Of a stretch of DNA of 64,000 nt, positions 25,701 to 39,200 are shown piece after piece. Within the stretch, counting starts at the first letter, position 1, and every line of letters begins with the position of its first letter. The stretch is taken from assembly GCA_051362555.1 (NCBI GenBank), contig CM120640.1:63404788-63468787 (forward strand), written 5' to 3'. Position numbers and translations under genes: made by a program. This stretch comes from Lingula anatina (taxonomy: Eukaryota; Animalia; Brachiopoda). The notes under the pieces were generated by a model. It did no database searches. It saw only the letters and a list, made by a program, of their open reading frames with translations, and was not told where the DNA came from.

Positions 25701-28700
25701 TATTACACTGCCTATTTGATTAGTACAAAAATACTTTGATGATTGAAACTAAGTGTAACACAAACCAGATTATTGTTTTGTCATCTGACTAGTATCAGGT
25801 TCCTTGAACCTGTGCTTCTGGTGAAATGTTCTGATCTTGTTTTGTTACAGAGCAGATGTATGTTCCTCAAAACTAGCAGAGCTGAATCCTTATGTCACTG
25901 TCCAAAGCCTGCTCATTCCTCTTAATGAGACCACTGACCTGACCTACATGAAGAACTTTCAGGTAAAAATATATTTAATCAAATGGTATCAGGTAAGATA
26001 AGTTGATTGTTTTATCTTGTTCCCTTTTCATGCCAAGCAGTATTCTATGTACCACTGTACCACTTACAAAAATAAACAGCAAGAAGTGTATCTGTGAAGA
26101 TCTTTTGAAAGGGAGTATAACACTTATTAACAAAATTACACATTGGGACCTTTCAAAGTGTCCCAAATTGGGTAAGTTTGAAAAGACCTTTAAGTTATTA
26201 GTAAATGATAAGAATTATGTGAATAAGTCTCAATTACATGATATGAGCTACAAATTGTAAGTAACTAAGAATGACATACTGTTGTCATAGTGAGTGTCTT
26301 TGAATTTAGTTGTTCCCATTATTTATCCATGTATCAGAAACGATCCCTAAGGTAGCATTGAATTTCAAGTTCAACTGGTCAGAGTTGCAATCACTATGAG
26401 TGTCTTAAATTAAAAATATTATCAGTCATTGAAAATGAAAATTATCTGAGATCAGCATTACGTTGAACCATTTAACCCTTTATTTTACACACAAATGAAT
26501 AAGATTTATCACAGGAATCATCATTCCATGTTCCCCCTGCATTAACCATCATCAAAATACAGTCTTCTTCCATGCCTTTGTAGCTGTTCGGCTCTCCGTT
26601 ATTCCATTTGGTATATGTCAATTGTTGCCCAGTTGTCCACTTCCATACACCTTCCTTTACAATATCATGTCCTCCTACAAACACTTCGTTTGTACCTAAA
26701 ATACATGTTACGTGATACATTAATGATACTGCATGAGCTTTTGGAATTATGGATCAGATAAATAGGGAGATAAATTTGCAGGAGCAAGTAACTAATTAAC
26801 TTACCACTATATCTACACTAGTTTTGAGATGTCACATATACATGTAGCAGAAACATAGTCACCTTATTTGATGTTCAATACAGCACTTGGAATTTGCAAT
26901 CTGTTCTCAAAATGTATGTGACAAAACAAAGTGGAAGATAACAAAACCTTATGTAAAGCACTCATTTCCTGATGTTAAAATTCAAATAAATGGTAGTTAT
27001 AATATAAACAGTAAACACTGCCTGTGTTTTTAAAACCAGTTGTATTAATGTCTAAAAGCAGAAATACAGCTATTGAACTACATGTATGTTCAGCATTGTA
27101 ACTACATGTTCACCTGTGGGTGCCAGTCCTAAGATGAAGTTATTCTCTGCTTGTGACAGAATATCTGCCAAGTGAGCCTGAGGGTGGATCAACTGGCAGA
27201 GTTCCTCAGCTTTGTGCCATGGTGCAGGTTGGCTGATGTATTTATACCAGGAAGACTGGTATGCCACAAAACCATCTGAAATGGTTAACAACAGAACCTT
27301 GTGTATTGTTGCTACCTTGATGTCTATAATGAATTGAAGTTTCATGATATATTCCAGAAATATTTGCACAATTCAGCTGAAAATAAACTATGGTGTATAA
27401 CATTGGCACCTGTTACACCTTAGTGCCATTCTTTCAATAATGTGTATTCACTTGCTCTATATATGAGGACCATGTAGAGGTTTACGTATTACTAAATGTA
27501 ATGTTAATGTAACTCACCCAGTTTTATCAATAAGTCCATCCTTTTTTTGAGCAGAGCATTTTCTAATTTCAAAGCTGCAGTTTTGTTCTTCAATTCACCA
27601 TTTTGTATCTCTGTATTTTTAACTGAGGCTTCTAGTTGCTTCATACTTGACCCTAGTGATTTTATAGAAATGACTTGGTTTGAAAGCCTAGAACTTATAC
27701 TAGAGATATTACTGAAAAGTACATCCAGGGAGGACTTCGCAGTATTAATTAGAATTTGTTGATCAGAATTTTTTATCTGCAGTGCATTCATAATAGTTTC
27801 TAATTTCTTTAGTTGTGTCGTGAGGTTGGCTGTCTGGTCTCCAGCACTGGCCAGCTGTTGCTGTAAGCGCTGCAGTTGGCTGCTAGTAGTTCTGTCTTGC
27901 TGTGTCAAGTTCTTTTCAATCTGGCCATCTTTTGACTTGAGGTCAGCGACGCTGGCTTGGATGTCCATCAGGCTTTGTTTTTGGTCAGCAGCAGAGGATT
28001 GGAGTTGAAGAAGATAGTTCTGGACTTGCAATAGTAGACTGGTGTGGTCAGCGGGCTGATGTCCAGTGCTGGGCACTATCTGACCATGCCCAGTTTGGAA
28101 TATGGCGATAAATAGAAATGTTAACAGCAGCATGATGGTGTATTCTTTAACTCTTTCCTACTTATGGGTGCTACTTATTAGCTGAGCTTTGTCCCTTTAG
28201 GCAAGGTAATATTCAATGGACTTTATTCTTATTAGCGTTTTAATGGAACACCTGATAAGATAGGTGCAGCACTTTAATTAATAATTGTTAGCTGACACCA
28301 TTTTGCAGGACCATCAATTTGACGTCAAAGACCAATACATGATTTTGTTCCCAAATTAACCATCCCTGTACAATTTTTTTTTTCTTCTAAATATTTGGAA
28401 GTTTAGGGGGTATTCTATATTTTCGGGATTTTAAATGACGTAGTACTGAAAGGATATTGTTTTCTAGTTATATTCTATTTCACAAGTGAAAAGTTCATAA
28501 AGTTGATATAAGTCAAAACAAAGGGTTAATGATTAGATTGATACTTAAAGTTCTTAACATCATCATTGACATATATTAACCAATGTTCATTTGATGAAAT
28601 GCTCAAGAAGATAGATAACTAAGTAAATATAAACAGGTTATCAAACCATTTTAGATTGTATATATAGTTCAAAGGCAGTATATGTCAGGCTACCAAGGAG

Positions 28701-31700
28701 ACTGGTAGTGATCTCTGATATAATGTTGGATGTGCTGGTAACACGAAGGGGATGTTTTGAGATTTATTCATGTAGCAGTCTTTTCTTTTCTTCATGGATG
28801 TTTCATGTAGCATTCCTTTGGGCAAGCTAGAATGTGAATAATGTGAATGAGAAAATTGAATTAAAGAAACATTTGTTTTTATCATTGTCTCATCTTGTAT
28901 GGTAATGTCCTAAACCCTGCAGCATCACTAGGTCCAGTATCTTAACAAACCATTTTCTGGAAACAGAAACCAAAAACCTATATTATTGATCATTGCATAT
29001 AGTTATGAGTCTCTCTGGATAATAAAATGAACCAATAACAGACACAATGAAGAATTCCTTTCATTTCAGTGTGTCATACTGACAGAGACACCCTTGAATA
29101 TACAGATTAAAGTAGATGAATATTGCAGAGAACAAGTCCCACCCATAAAGGTATGCCATCCTTGAAGTCAAATTGGAAGGCAAAGATATTATTTTATTAA
29201 ATAAAGCAAATGTTTTATATACATTTTTAATGTGAAATGAAAACAACTTAAATAAAAAAAAAACCTGCCTTACTGTTATGCAATGGTTATCAGAACTTAA
29301 GTGGAGTACAGTGCAATTTTTTTAATTTCAGTTTATCTGTGCAGATGTCTACGGCGTTTTCTCATCATTATTCTGTGACTTTGGTGACCAGTTTGAGGTG
29401 ACTGATGTAAATGGGGAAGAAGCAAAGGAGTCTTTCATTGCCAACATCACTAAGGTAGATTTGATATAAGAGATCTTTGATTTAAACTGACTTTTCAAAA
29501 CTATTGTTTGATACAGCCATCAACTAAATGGATTTACTCCATTTGTATTTATGTGTATTATAAGGACGTGAGTACAAAATCATTATTTAACACAATATGG
29601 AATCTATGCAAAATTTCACTTTACAGGGAAACCCAGGAGTGGTAACTTGTCTTGAAAATAGAATGCATGGGTTTGATGAAGGAGATACTGTCACTTTCAA
29701 AGAGTTGAAAGGAATGGAAGCACTCAATGGCAAAACTTGCCAGATCAAAGGTATTTTGTAGCTGATTAGCAAGATAAAACAAAAGTATGATGCATGCATA
29801 GTTATGGTAAATAATGTTTATGTTAATCAGTAATGATAAAAATGGTATATATCACTTGGTGACATGTTTATGTTTACAAATATTCAAGTAAATTTCTTAC
29901 TTCTTCCTCATTTTGTTTTGCAATTTTTTAAAGTTTTAAATGTGTTGATATAAGTGTTTTAACTCATATTTTCATACTGACATCTGACATTTTATATTAT
30001 TGCTCTTGATCAGTTTTGTCTCCCTATGCCTACACTATCTGTGATACTAGTGGTGAGGAGTTTGCTCCATATCAGAGAGATGGGCTCGCCGTACAAGTCA
30101 AAGTTCCACAAGTTGTGTCCTTTGTAAGTTTAAAACATTCAATATGAATCAAACATCATTAAATGTATGTAACTAGCATTAATCTAAATATCTATTATTG
30201 TTAAAGTATTTCATTTGACAATTTCAGAATTCTTAAAGTCAAGTTTCTGTAATTCAATGAACCTCTGGTAATCATATAGTCTTCTTCTTTTCCCTTAGGG
30301 ATCTCTGGAAAAGAAGCTGAAAAGCCCAAATTTTATTGTGCCAGATCTTTGTAAATATGAGGTCAGTATAAACATGTCCTTCTGCAGATCTTTGTAAATG
30401 TCCTTTTATTTTTATTCATTTACATTTAGAGCAATTGAAAACCCACTAATCTATTATGATACAGTGCAGTAGAATACAGTACATGTACAGTGCTGTTCTT
30501 GCCTACAGGAATATAGGAATAAAAAAAGCTGATGTATGAAATGATTAGAATAAGAATTTCAGTGTATTTTATTGGGTAGTGGGTGCTTTTTAATTGAGAA
30601 GTGTTTTCTGTTCAAATTACTGATGTTTGCAGTGGGTGCTTTTTAATTGAGAAGTGTTTTCTGTTCAAATTACTGATGTTTGCAAGCTAAATACATGTTT
30701 ATCTGGATTTGAAGGCACCATCCGGTATTCACTTAGGATTGCTGGCACTGCACAAGTTCAGAGAACAGCAGTCAAGACTTCCAAATATTAGGTATGTCCA
30801 TTAAAAAATTATATTACAAAATTTTATTTTCTGTTATGTATTATTTCTGTAACTATACTATCTCTTAACTATACTATCACCACTTAGTACTGTATATGCT
30901 AGTATGTTACAGTAAACTATCATTTTATCTTTCTGTAATCCTATAACATGAAAAATATCAGACTTATTGAAACATTTTTTCATGATGAAAACATGGGAAA
31001 ACTTTTGAGAACAAATTGCTTTGATAGTTTATGATGAGGTATAATGGGGTTTTCAGATGTATCACACTTCATGAAACACTTGAAATTTGAGTATGCCCAT
31101 GGTCCTTGAAATTTGTGAACATCTTTGGTCCTTCAAATAATTTTCCATCCAATAGATTGCTTCCTGTGATCTCTGAACAATTTTTTTCGTTATCTCATAT
31201 TTTCCAATAATTAGAACAATTAGAACTTTGATTGTTACTGAAACAGGTGCAGAAAGGATGCTGAAGTCTTAGTACAGCTAGCCAGGGAACAAAATTCTCA
31301 AATGGAAGACCAGGTAAAATATAAAGTGTATCCTTGCTATTCTAGTGTATCCTTGTCATTCTTACTTAGTTGTTTTGTTTGCATTTATTAGTCCAAAATG
31401 TTAAAACTGAATCAATCTAAAAGTATTGTAGAAATTATATTTGAATTAATAAGTAAAGAAGGTTATTGTTTTTAGCACAGTTTTCTGGAAAACTACCTTA
31501 AATTCAACAATCTGTCTCTTATGATAATAATTGTCTATTGACATATTCCCTTTATGCAATATTGTTGCAGGTTAATCTAGATGAACAGCTTGTTTCTAAC
31601 CTATCCTTCACCTGTCAAGGATGTCTGGCACCATTGTGCACAGCTCTGGGAGGTATAGCAGCTCAGGAAGGACTGAAGGCTTTAACTGGAAAGTTCTCTC

Positions 31701-32522
31701 CATTGATGCAGTGGGTAAGTTTTTCAAGTTATGGGTACAGGGATCAACATACAACATGCTTGGTGCAAGTGGTTTCTACTGTCGGGCAACTAGAATTTTA
31801 GTCTTACTTGCTTGAAGACTTGCTAATGGATCACTTGCATTTGGAAGACCTTTTTTTCATGGGCAGTTTTTTTTTGGTTTATAAAACACAATGACATGTT
31901 TCAATTGATTACTTTTTTTTACTTTTGAGCAGCGCAGGTAGATTTTCAGACCTGCTTGCCCAACAGGGCAAGTGCCTGAAAATAGTTTATGTTATGTCTT
32001 GCGAGCATGTGGATATCATTCCTACCAGATTATTTTTGTTATTCTTCCATACATACATATAAAGGAGATACATTTTCTCTGATTTTTTTTTCAGCTTTAT
32101 TTAGATGCCTCTGAAGTTCTTAGTGGTTCAGAAAACAAGGACATTTCACATTTTCACCCAAGGTCAGTTCAGAATGCATTTATATTGTCTGCGTCAGTGC
32201 ACCTAACTTCCACGTAGATTTATGAGACATATATTGTGATGCTGTGTTGCTTTGTAGGATGGAAGTTGATTTGATATTGCTCACTATTATCTTCGTGACA
32301 TTTTGAATAAAAGTCCATTTTGATTATTTTACTATGGGTTTTTTCAGCAACTCAAGATATGATTCTCTGAGGGCTTGTGTAGGAGAGGATGTCTGCCAGC
32401 AGTTAGCACAATTAAAATTATTCATGGTGAGAAGATTTAGTGTGGGATTCTTTTGCTCCTATCTTTATTACATTTTAACTGTGTATGCTGAATAAGCTCT
32501 GTCTTTTTTATTATTTATTAAT

Positions 32523-32573
<51 letters not shown>

Positions 32574-35500
32574 TTTGTTGCTTCACTTGTCAAAATATTA
32601 AGTTTCATTTTCTTTTATTCTGCTACTACATGTGAGTACATGTATTATAAAAAATGTATAACTTGGAACCTAAAAGTGAACACTTACATTTATAGTTATA
32701 GAAATTTAAGATGATTTCACTTTAATTCAGAATTATGTTATCAACAACTTAATCTTTCTTTTAATCAGGTTGGCTGTGGTGCTATAGGATGTGAAATGAT
32801 GAAGAATTATGCCATGTTGGGGATAGGTACTCATAACAATGGACAGGTAACCTAAAGCTAAAGTTTACCCTTTAAACTAAATCTATATGTCTCTTTAATT
32901 CAAATTTGTTGGAAGTGAAGTTTTAAATCATTAGATATTTTCTTGATTATTTCATTCTAAAAAAATTTGGGTATCAATGAGAAAAGGAAATTTCTCTTGA
33001 TATAAAGGCGGTGAAATTTCAATAAGTACACATTGAAAAGTAATTGACTGGGTCAAACACTTCTGATGTGTCCTTCTTTCTTCATTTCATAACTTAAATG
33101 TATGAATCATTTCAGATAACAATAACAGACAATGATTTGATAGAGAAATCCAATTTGAATAGGCAGTTCCTATTTAGACCACATCATATACAGGCAAGTG
33201 GCTGTTTTATTATAATGATTCAAAGGAAAGTCTTCAGAACATTGAATTGATGAATAAAATTGTGTATTGTTAATGCATACATTATTATTTATGCTGACAA
33301 CCTTATTTTTATTTTGGACTTCTGTCTGGGTTTCAGAAACCTAAGAGTAGCACTGCAGCTGAGGTAGCAAAAGCAATGAATCCTGGTAAGAGGTGCTAAA
33401 AATAAGTATTAATGTTTTATATAAATATTTTAAAATTAATCTGTAAGTATTTCATTCATTTTGAGAATCTATGGTCACTGGTCAAATTGTGATAGTTATA
33501 TATAAAGTTGACTAGAAGCTGTTAACTGTTTTTTTCAGACACAGTTTATATTACATAAATATGTCAGTCTGTGGTAAACCTTTTTAGCCTACTGTCCCTT
33601 TAAGTCACCTGGGCAGTCACTAGGGCCTAAGAGTCTACTATAGCAGAAAAAAATGAAAAGTGGTTAAACAAATTTACAAAATCTTACTGGTTGGGCTTCA
33701 GTTTTACATGCATTTGGTGTGGGGCCAATGCTAACATCACTGACTGGGTTGATTCATATTATTAAGATTTAAAAATATATACGAACAAGAAAGGCTCAGT
33801 ACATGCATAGAGAGCTAAGTCTGTATCAGTTATGAAAATGATGAAAAGTACAATTGGGTTTCTTTCAGTTTTGTTTGCTATTCTTTTCAGAACTCCATAT
33901 TGAAGCACATCAACACAAAGGTAAGAAATGATACATAAGCCCAGAATGTAATCCGGTACCTTATCTAATATACATGACTTGTGTATTTATTAGTATTTAT
34001 ACGTTTGAAGGGAAGTGATTTCCAAAGTTAATTTCAGTATGATTCAAACTGTAATTACTGGTTGCTATTTTATAGATATTTAATATTGTTTCCAGTGTGT
34101 CCCCAGACTGAGAACAGTGTGTACAATGACAGTTTCTTTATATCCCAGCACCTGGTTGTCAATGCACTGGACAATGTAGAGGCCAGGAGATATGTAGACA
34201 GGTGAGCCTGTTGAAGGACATTGATCTAAAAGTTGCCTGTTTGTTTTGTTTATTGGCAGAGAATTTAGCTGAACATATTTTAACATATCTAAAAAGGATT
34301 TGTAGAAAAAGAGCCATCCAGCTTTAAAAAGACTTAAATGATATGAAAATTGCTACATTTATTGTAACTGCCCATGAATATTTTGCATTAGCAAGTTTTT
34401 AAAAAAGATATGTAAAATTAATTGCCCAATGTCTCATTATTAGCCGATGTGTGTCTAATCAGAGGGCCTTGTTGGAGTCGGGAACTATGGGTGCCAAGGG
34501 ACATGTTCAGGTGATAGTGCCACATTTAACAGAGTCCTATGCTAGTCAGGTGAGTATCAATTAACTGTGCTGCGCTAGCCACTGGGTCTGAATATATTAT
34601 TCAACTGTGCACCATATAATGTATGCAGATATTTCTCTTACATTCCTGTGACCTGTGAATCTCATCATTTAGATGGTTAGATGGTTTATTACCTTATTGA
34701 TATTTTATCTGGTTTGAATGATAATGAAAAATTAGTATATTTTAGAAGCATGCAAAAGTTTTGTGTAGATTGTCATTACCAGATTTTATGGATTGTCATA
34801 ACTAAAATCTGAATGCTTTTTGGAAGAAATTAGACAAATTGATTTCATTTTAAGTTCTATATTCACAGCGTGATCCTGTGGATGAGGAAGTGCCCTATTG
34901 TATGCTCAAGTCGTTCCCAGCAACAATTGAACATTGTATTCAGTGGGCAAGAGACAAGGTAACATTGACAAGCTGAAACCCCTACATTGCTTTGAGATTT
35001 ATTTATGTAATACTCTGAAATTGTTTATCACCTTAGTTTTTTATAGAGGAACTGTTCCTTGTATTAGACTATCTATAGAAAATGCACATCTACATTGTAA
35101 TATTTTCTATTCTGATGATAAGCAGGGACAAATACAAAGTATACTGTATTTTTTATATTTGTTTTATCAGTTTGAGAGCCAATTCACACAAAAGCCAAAT
35201 TTGTTCAACAAGTTCTGGTCAAGTCATAAATCTGCAGAACAAGTTATACAGGTACCTTTTTTCTATTACTTAAGTTTTAATCTTTGGTTTGTTTTTCACA
35301 GATCTTGGATTTCATAAGTCTGTGTGACTAGTATGGAGTACATTTTTATAATTATGTAAAATGCCCTAATGTATGTGTATGATATATATTGCAATCTACA
35401 ATTCAATCTGCAATTTTCATTCACCCTTTTGATACGGATTTGAGGACTTTAGAGCCTATGATCTGACAATGTGCTGTATACATGCTATTCTCCTTTTCAG

Positions 35501-36257
35501 TCACTAAACAATGGTGAGGCTATAGATGGGGCAGTGCAAGTTTCTAAAATGGTTCTTAATAGACCCAGAGACTGGAAGCATTGTGTAGAGATAGCAAGGA
35601 TCAAGTTTGAAAAGCTGTTTAATCATAAGGTGAAATATTTTGCAAGAGGTATATGAAGTCAGTCATTTAATTTTGCATATTTTTTCAAATTTTTCTCCAA
35701 TTGTAAAGGTGTTGTGACTCTTCAGTTCTTATTTTGTTATTGCTGCTTTTTAGCATTTTTACTGAAACAATTGAAGTCAATACTTTCTGATTTACAGGCA
35801 AAACAGCTTGTTCATTCTTTTCCGCTTGATACCAAACTACAGGATGGATGTAAGTATTAAGACGAGAGATACCATTTTTTATTTGCAACACTGCCATAAC
35901 ATGCATTGACCACTTTCTGTATTTATGTAATACTATCACAAATCACAAAAGATAAACATTGTAAATGACTCTACTTAAAACCAAGAAAAGATATGGATGG
36001 TGTTCTATGACTGATGTCACCTTGTGGTAGCACCATGATCCTCATGTTTTGCCCTTACTGGGAAGATTAAGAGAACACAAGCAAATTTATACGTGTATAA
36101 TATACTTGATTTAGCAATTATTTAACATTGTTCACTGTGATATATGTTATGTTTTTTGTTTTTAGCTCTGTTCTGGCAGTCGCCTAAGAGACCACCAAGT
36201 CCCGTTGTTTTCAATAAAGAAGATCCATTGTAAGCTTTCAAGCAGTGTTGTCCTTAC

Positions 36258-36290
<33 letters not shown>

Positions 36291-39200
36291 TAAAATTTCT
36301 GTTAAGCTCAAAATTGTATATTTTGCTCATTTCTTGGCATTCTTCACTACATTTGATGTATAATGAAAATAAAAATTCACACAAAAAAACTTATATTAGG
36401 AGAATCACAGTGAATATCAACTATAGGCATATACAGGTGTATTGGAGATACTGGGGTTCAAATAAATAAATAAACAAAAGTTTACTCGTCTGAGAAAAAA
36501 CTAAGCTATAATGATCCTTTATTTGATCCTAACTTTTTCAGCACTTTGCATGTTCTCCTAGACTTTGTCATAATTGCAATTTTATGCAGTAAATCCTGTA
36601 TGTTATCTTTTCAGGCACATGCTGTTCATCACAACCACAGCCAGACTTTTAGCAGAGACTCACGGCATTCCTGTTACAAAAGAAGTAAGTCATTACAAAC
36701 ACTTTCCTAATCTGAAATTGTAGAGCTTCTTATGCTTCTTTTCAGGTTGACATATATTGCAGATGAATTGGGATACAGAATTAGAATTAGACAATGTATA
36801 CATGCATGCTAGTACAATAATAGAGATAACAAATCTGGGATAACCAATCGTAGAACATCAGAGATTAAGTGGCTGGATACATGTACTAAATTGGGATATT
36901 GAAAAAAGGATATTGGCTAGTAGCAGGCTAGTAGCAATGGAGATTTCTAATGAACCACCCTTTAAGCAGGAAAAGGTCCTCTCTGGGGAAAATTTGATCT
37001 AGGTACATGAAAGTTTCATGGGTTAAAGGTCCACTTTTTCTAAAAAAAAAAAAGAACCTCCTCTTTGAAATGGCTGGCTATGAGCCTGAGTAAAAACTCC
37101 AAAATTTACAGACTGTTAATAGAAATTGCATGCTAAAGAGAATGCCTTTAGCCATTTCACTATAATGATTGTCTTAAGGTTTTTCATGTATATTGCATGG
37201 ATTGATTGATTGTCTTTATTTCTTTGTGTTCAGGTCATGTCATCAGATGTAATATGCTCTGTGTTTGAGAAAGCCAGTGTTCCAGAATTTAGACCATCTT
37301 CAAAGGTGAACATTTCAAATAGATAATTATTGCAATCTGTAACAAGGTCTTGATTAAAACCTATTTTTCAAGTGATGGCATTTTATGTTAATGCATTTAT
37401 AAATTTTATAAAGACTTACAAAACCTCATCTTGTTTAGACCATAATAACTGATGAAACAGTAAAGAAACCAGTTGAAGAAGACCAGGTCACTGGGGATGA
37501 CTTGAAGGACACTGCTGTTAGAATGCAGATTGCAATGAGACAGGATGCTGGAGACAAGGGTATATTTCTTGCAAATTTCTTGTATTCAAAAGTTCATGGT
37601 CAAAGACAAGTTTGAAATTATTTATCACTCATTGATTTAACTTCATTTAAGTTATTCATTGTGTACATATATTGAATAGCTCAAGTTTGTGATTTGATAT
37701 GTGTTTATACCAGTATATGTTAAACACTTCTAGTTTACATTTCAGTGTTTTCATCATTGTTCCCAGCAGTATTTGAGAAGGATGATGATAGTAATGGACA
37801 CATAGATTTTATTACTGCTGCTTCAGTGAGTACCTTTTTTACCTGAGAGTCAATAATCTCTTCCTAACTTACAAGGGCTAGTAGCAAGTGTGGTAGTTTC
37901 TACCTTCATAAAGGTTATTCATGCATGAGGTGTAAAAAAGAAGGGATTTGGCAGTAGAGGCAAGGGGCTTAATTTCCTCCTTTGCAAACTACTGTTCATA
38001 TCCCTGTGAGCGACAAATGTTTTCAATTCTTTGATTTGCTGGAGACTGTTTTTTTTTTTTTTTTTTTTTTGCAGTTGATAAATTGGTCTTTTTTTCCAGA
38101 ATCTGAGAGCATTGATGTATTCTATAGAACAGGCAGATCGCCTCAAAATTAAGAGAATTGCAGGAAAAATTGTCCCAGCTATTGCCACGACAACAGCTGC
38201 TGTAGCTGGACTGGTTAGTATTCATCACATTTGGTTTTTGTATTTACTTTGGGAATATGATTGAGAGTGGCCTAAAGAGGCCTAGATATTTTTGTTTTAG
38301 CTCACCCTATGTTGTAAATCCTTCACCCCTTGCAGTTCTTTTTACTTAAAAGTTACATTAGCCATGTTCAGTTTCAGCCTTTTAGAGAATAGTAACTGAG
38401 GTATAACAAATTAAGCACAATGTCTGACTATTGTTTTAATATATGAATTATTCATTTTTTATTTATTTTTTACCTGTACATCCATGTGGCACAATACTAG
38501 TTCCTTTATTCAAGAACATGTTCTTTTTGTTTGTTAAAATGTGTTTTTGTTCAATTTCAGGCAACAATAGAATTGATTAAGATCGTAAAAGAATGCCAGT
38601 TAGAGCAGTACAAGAACTGCTTTCTGAATTTGGCACTGCCTGTCATGGTGCTATCTGAGCCAGGAGCTGCAGAAAAGACTGTTTTAAGGTAAAAATGGTG
38701 ACAAATTAAATAATAAATTTTTAGTCAGTTTTATAAACTTCATGCTCCTTCTTGCTCCTTTGCTCCTAATGTTTGCTAAAAATAAAGACAGCATACTGAT
38801 ATTTATACCAAAGTTCATAGCTAAAGATCTGTTCTTTTTTTTTTTTTTACTTATAGGAAGGGACTAACATGTACTATTTGGGACAAGTGGGAGGTACATG
38901 GCAATAGTGCATTCACATTGCAACAGTTTCTTAATCATTTTAAGGTATGGAAGTCAGTGCTCATATTGTTCAATAACTTTTTTACTACAAAGTTCCTCTA
39001 AAGTTATACATTTGTGTATTAACACCATCTTTGGGCAATATATTATAATGACATCCTAACTAGGTTATTTATGTTTAATTTTGCTTGACTTAATCCAATT
39101 ATTAATATAGTCAAAACATTTTCACCATTGAAAACTGAGTGACAAAAAGTCATACCTTACATTGAGGCTGTGTGCATGTGCTTTTGTTTTAGGAAAAGCA

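Noticed and set aside
27504-28133. 209-aa coiled-coil ORF as an independent protein or viral envelope remnant
   Set aside because: It splices in phase to two C-type lectin exons.
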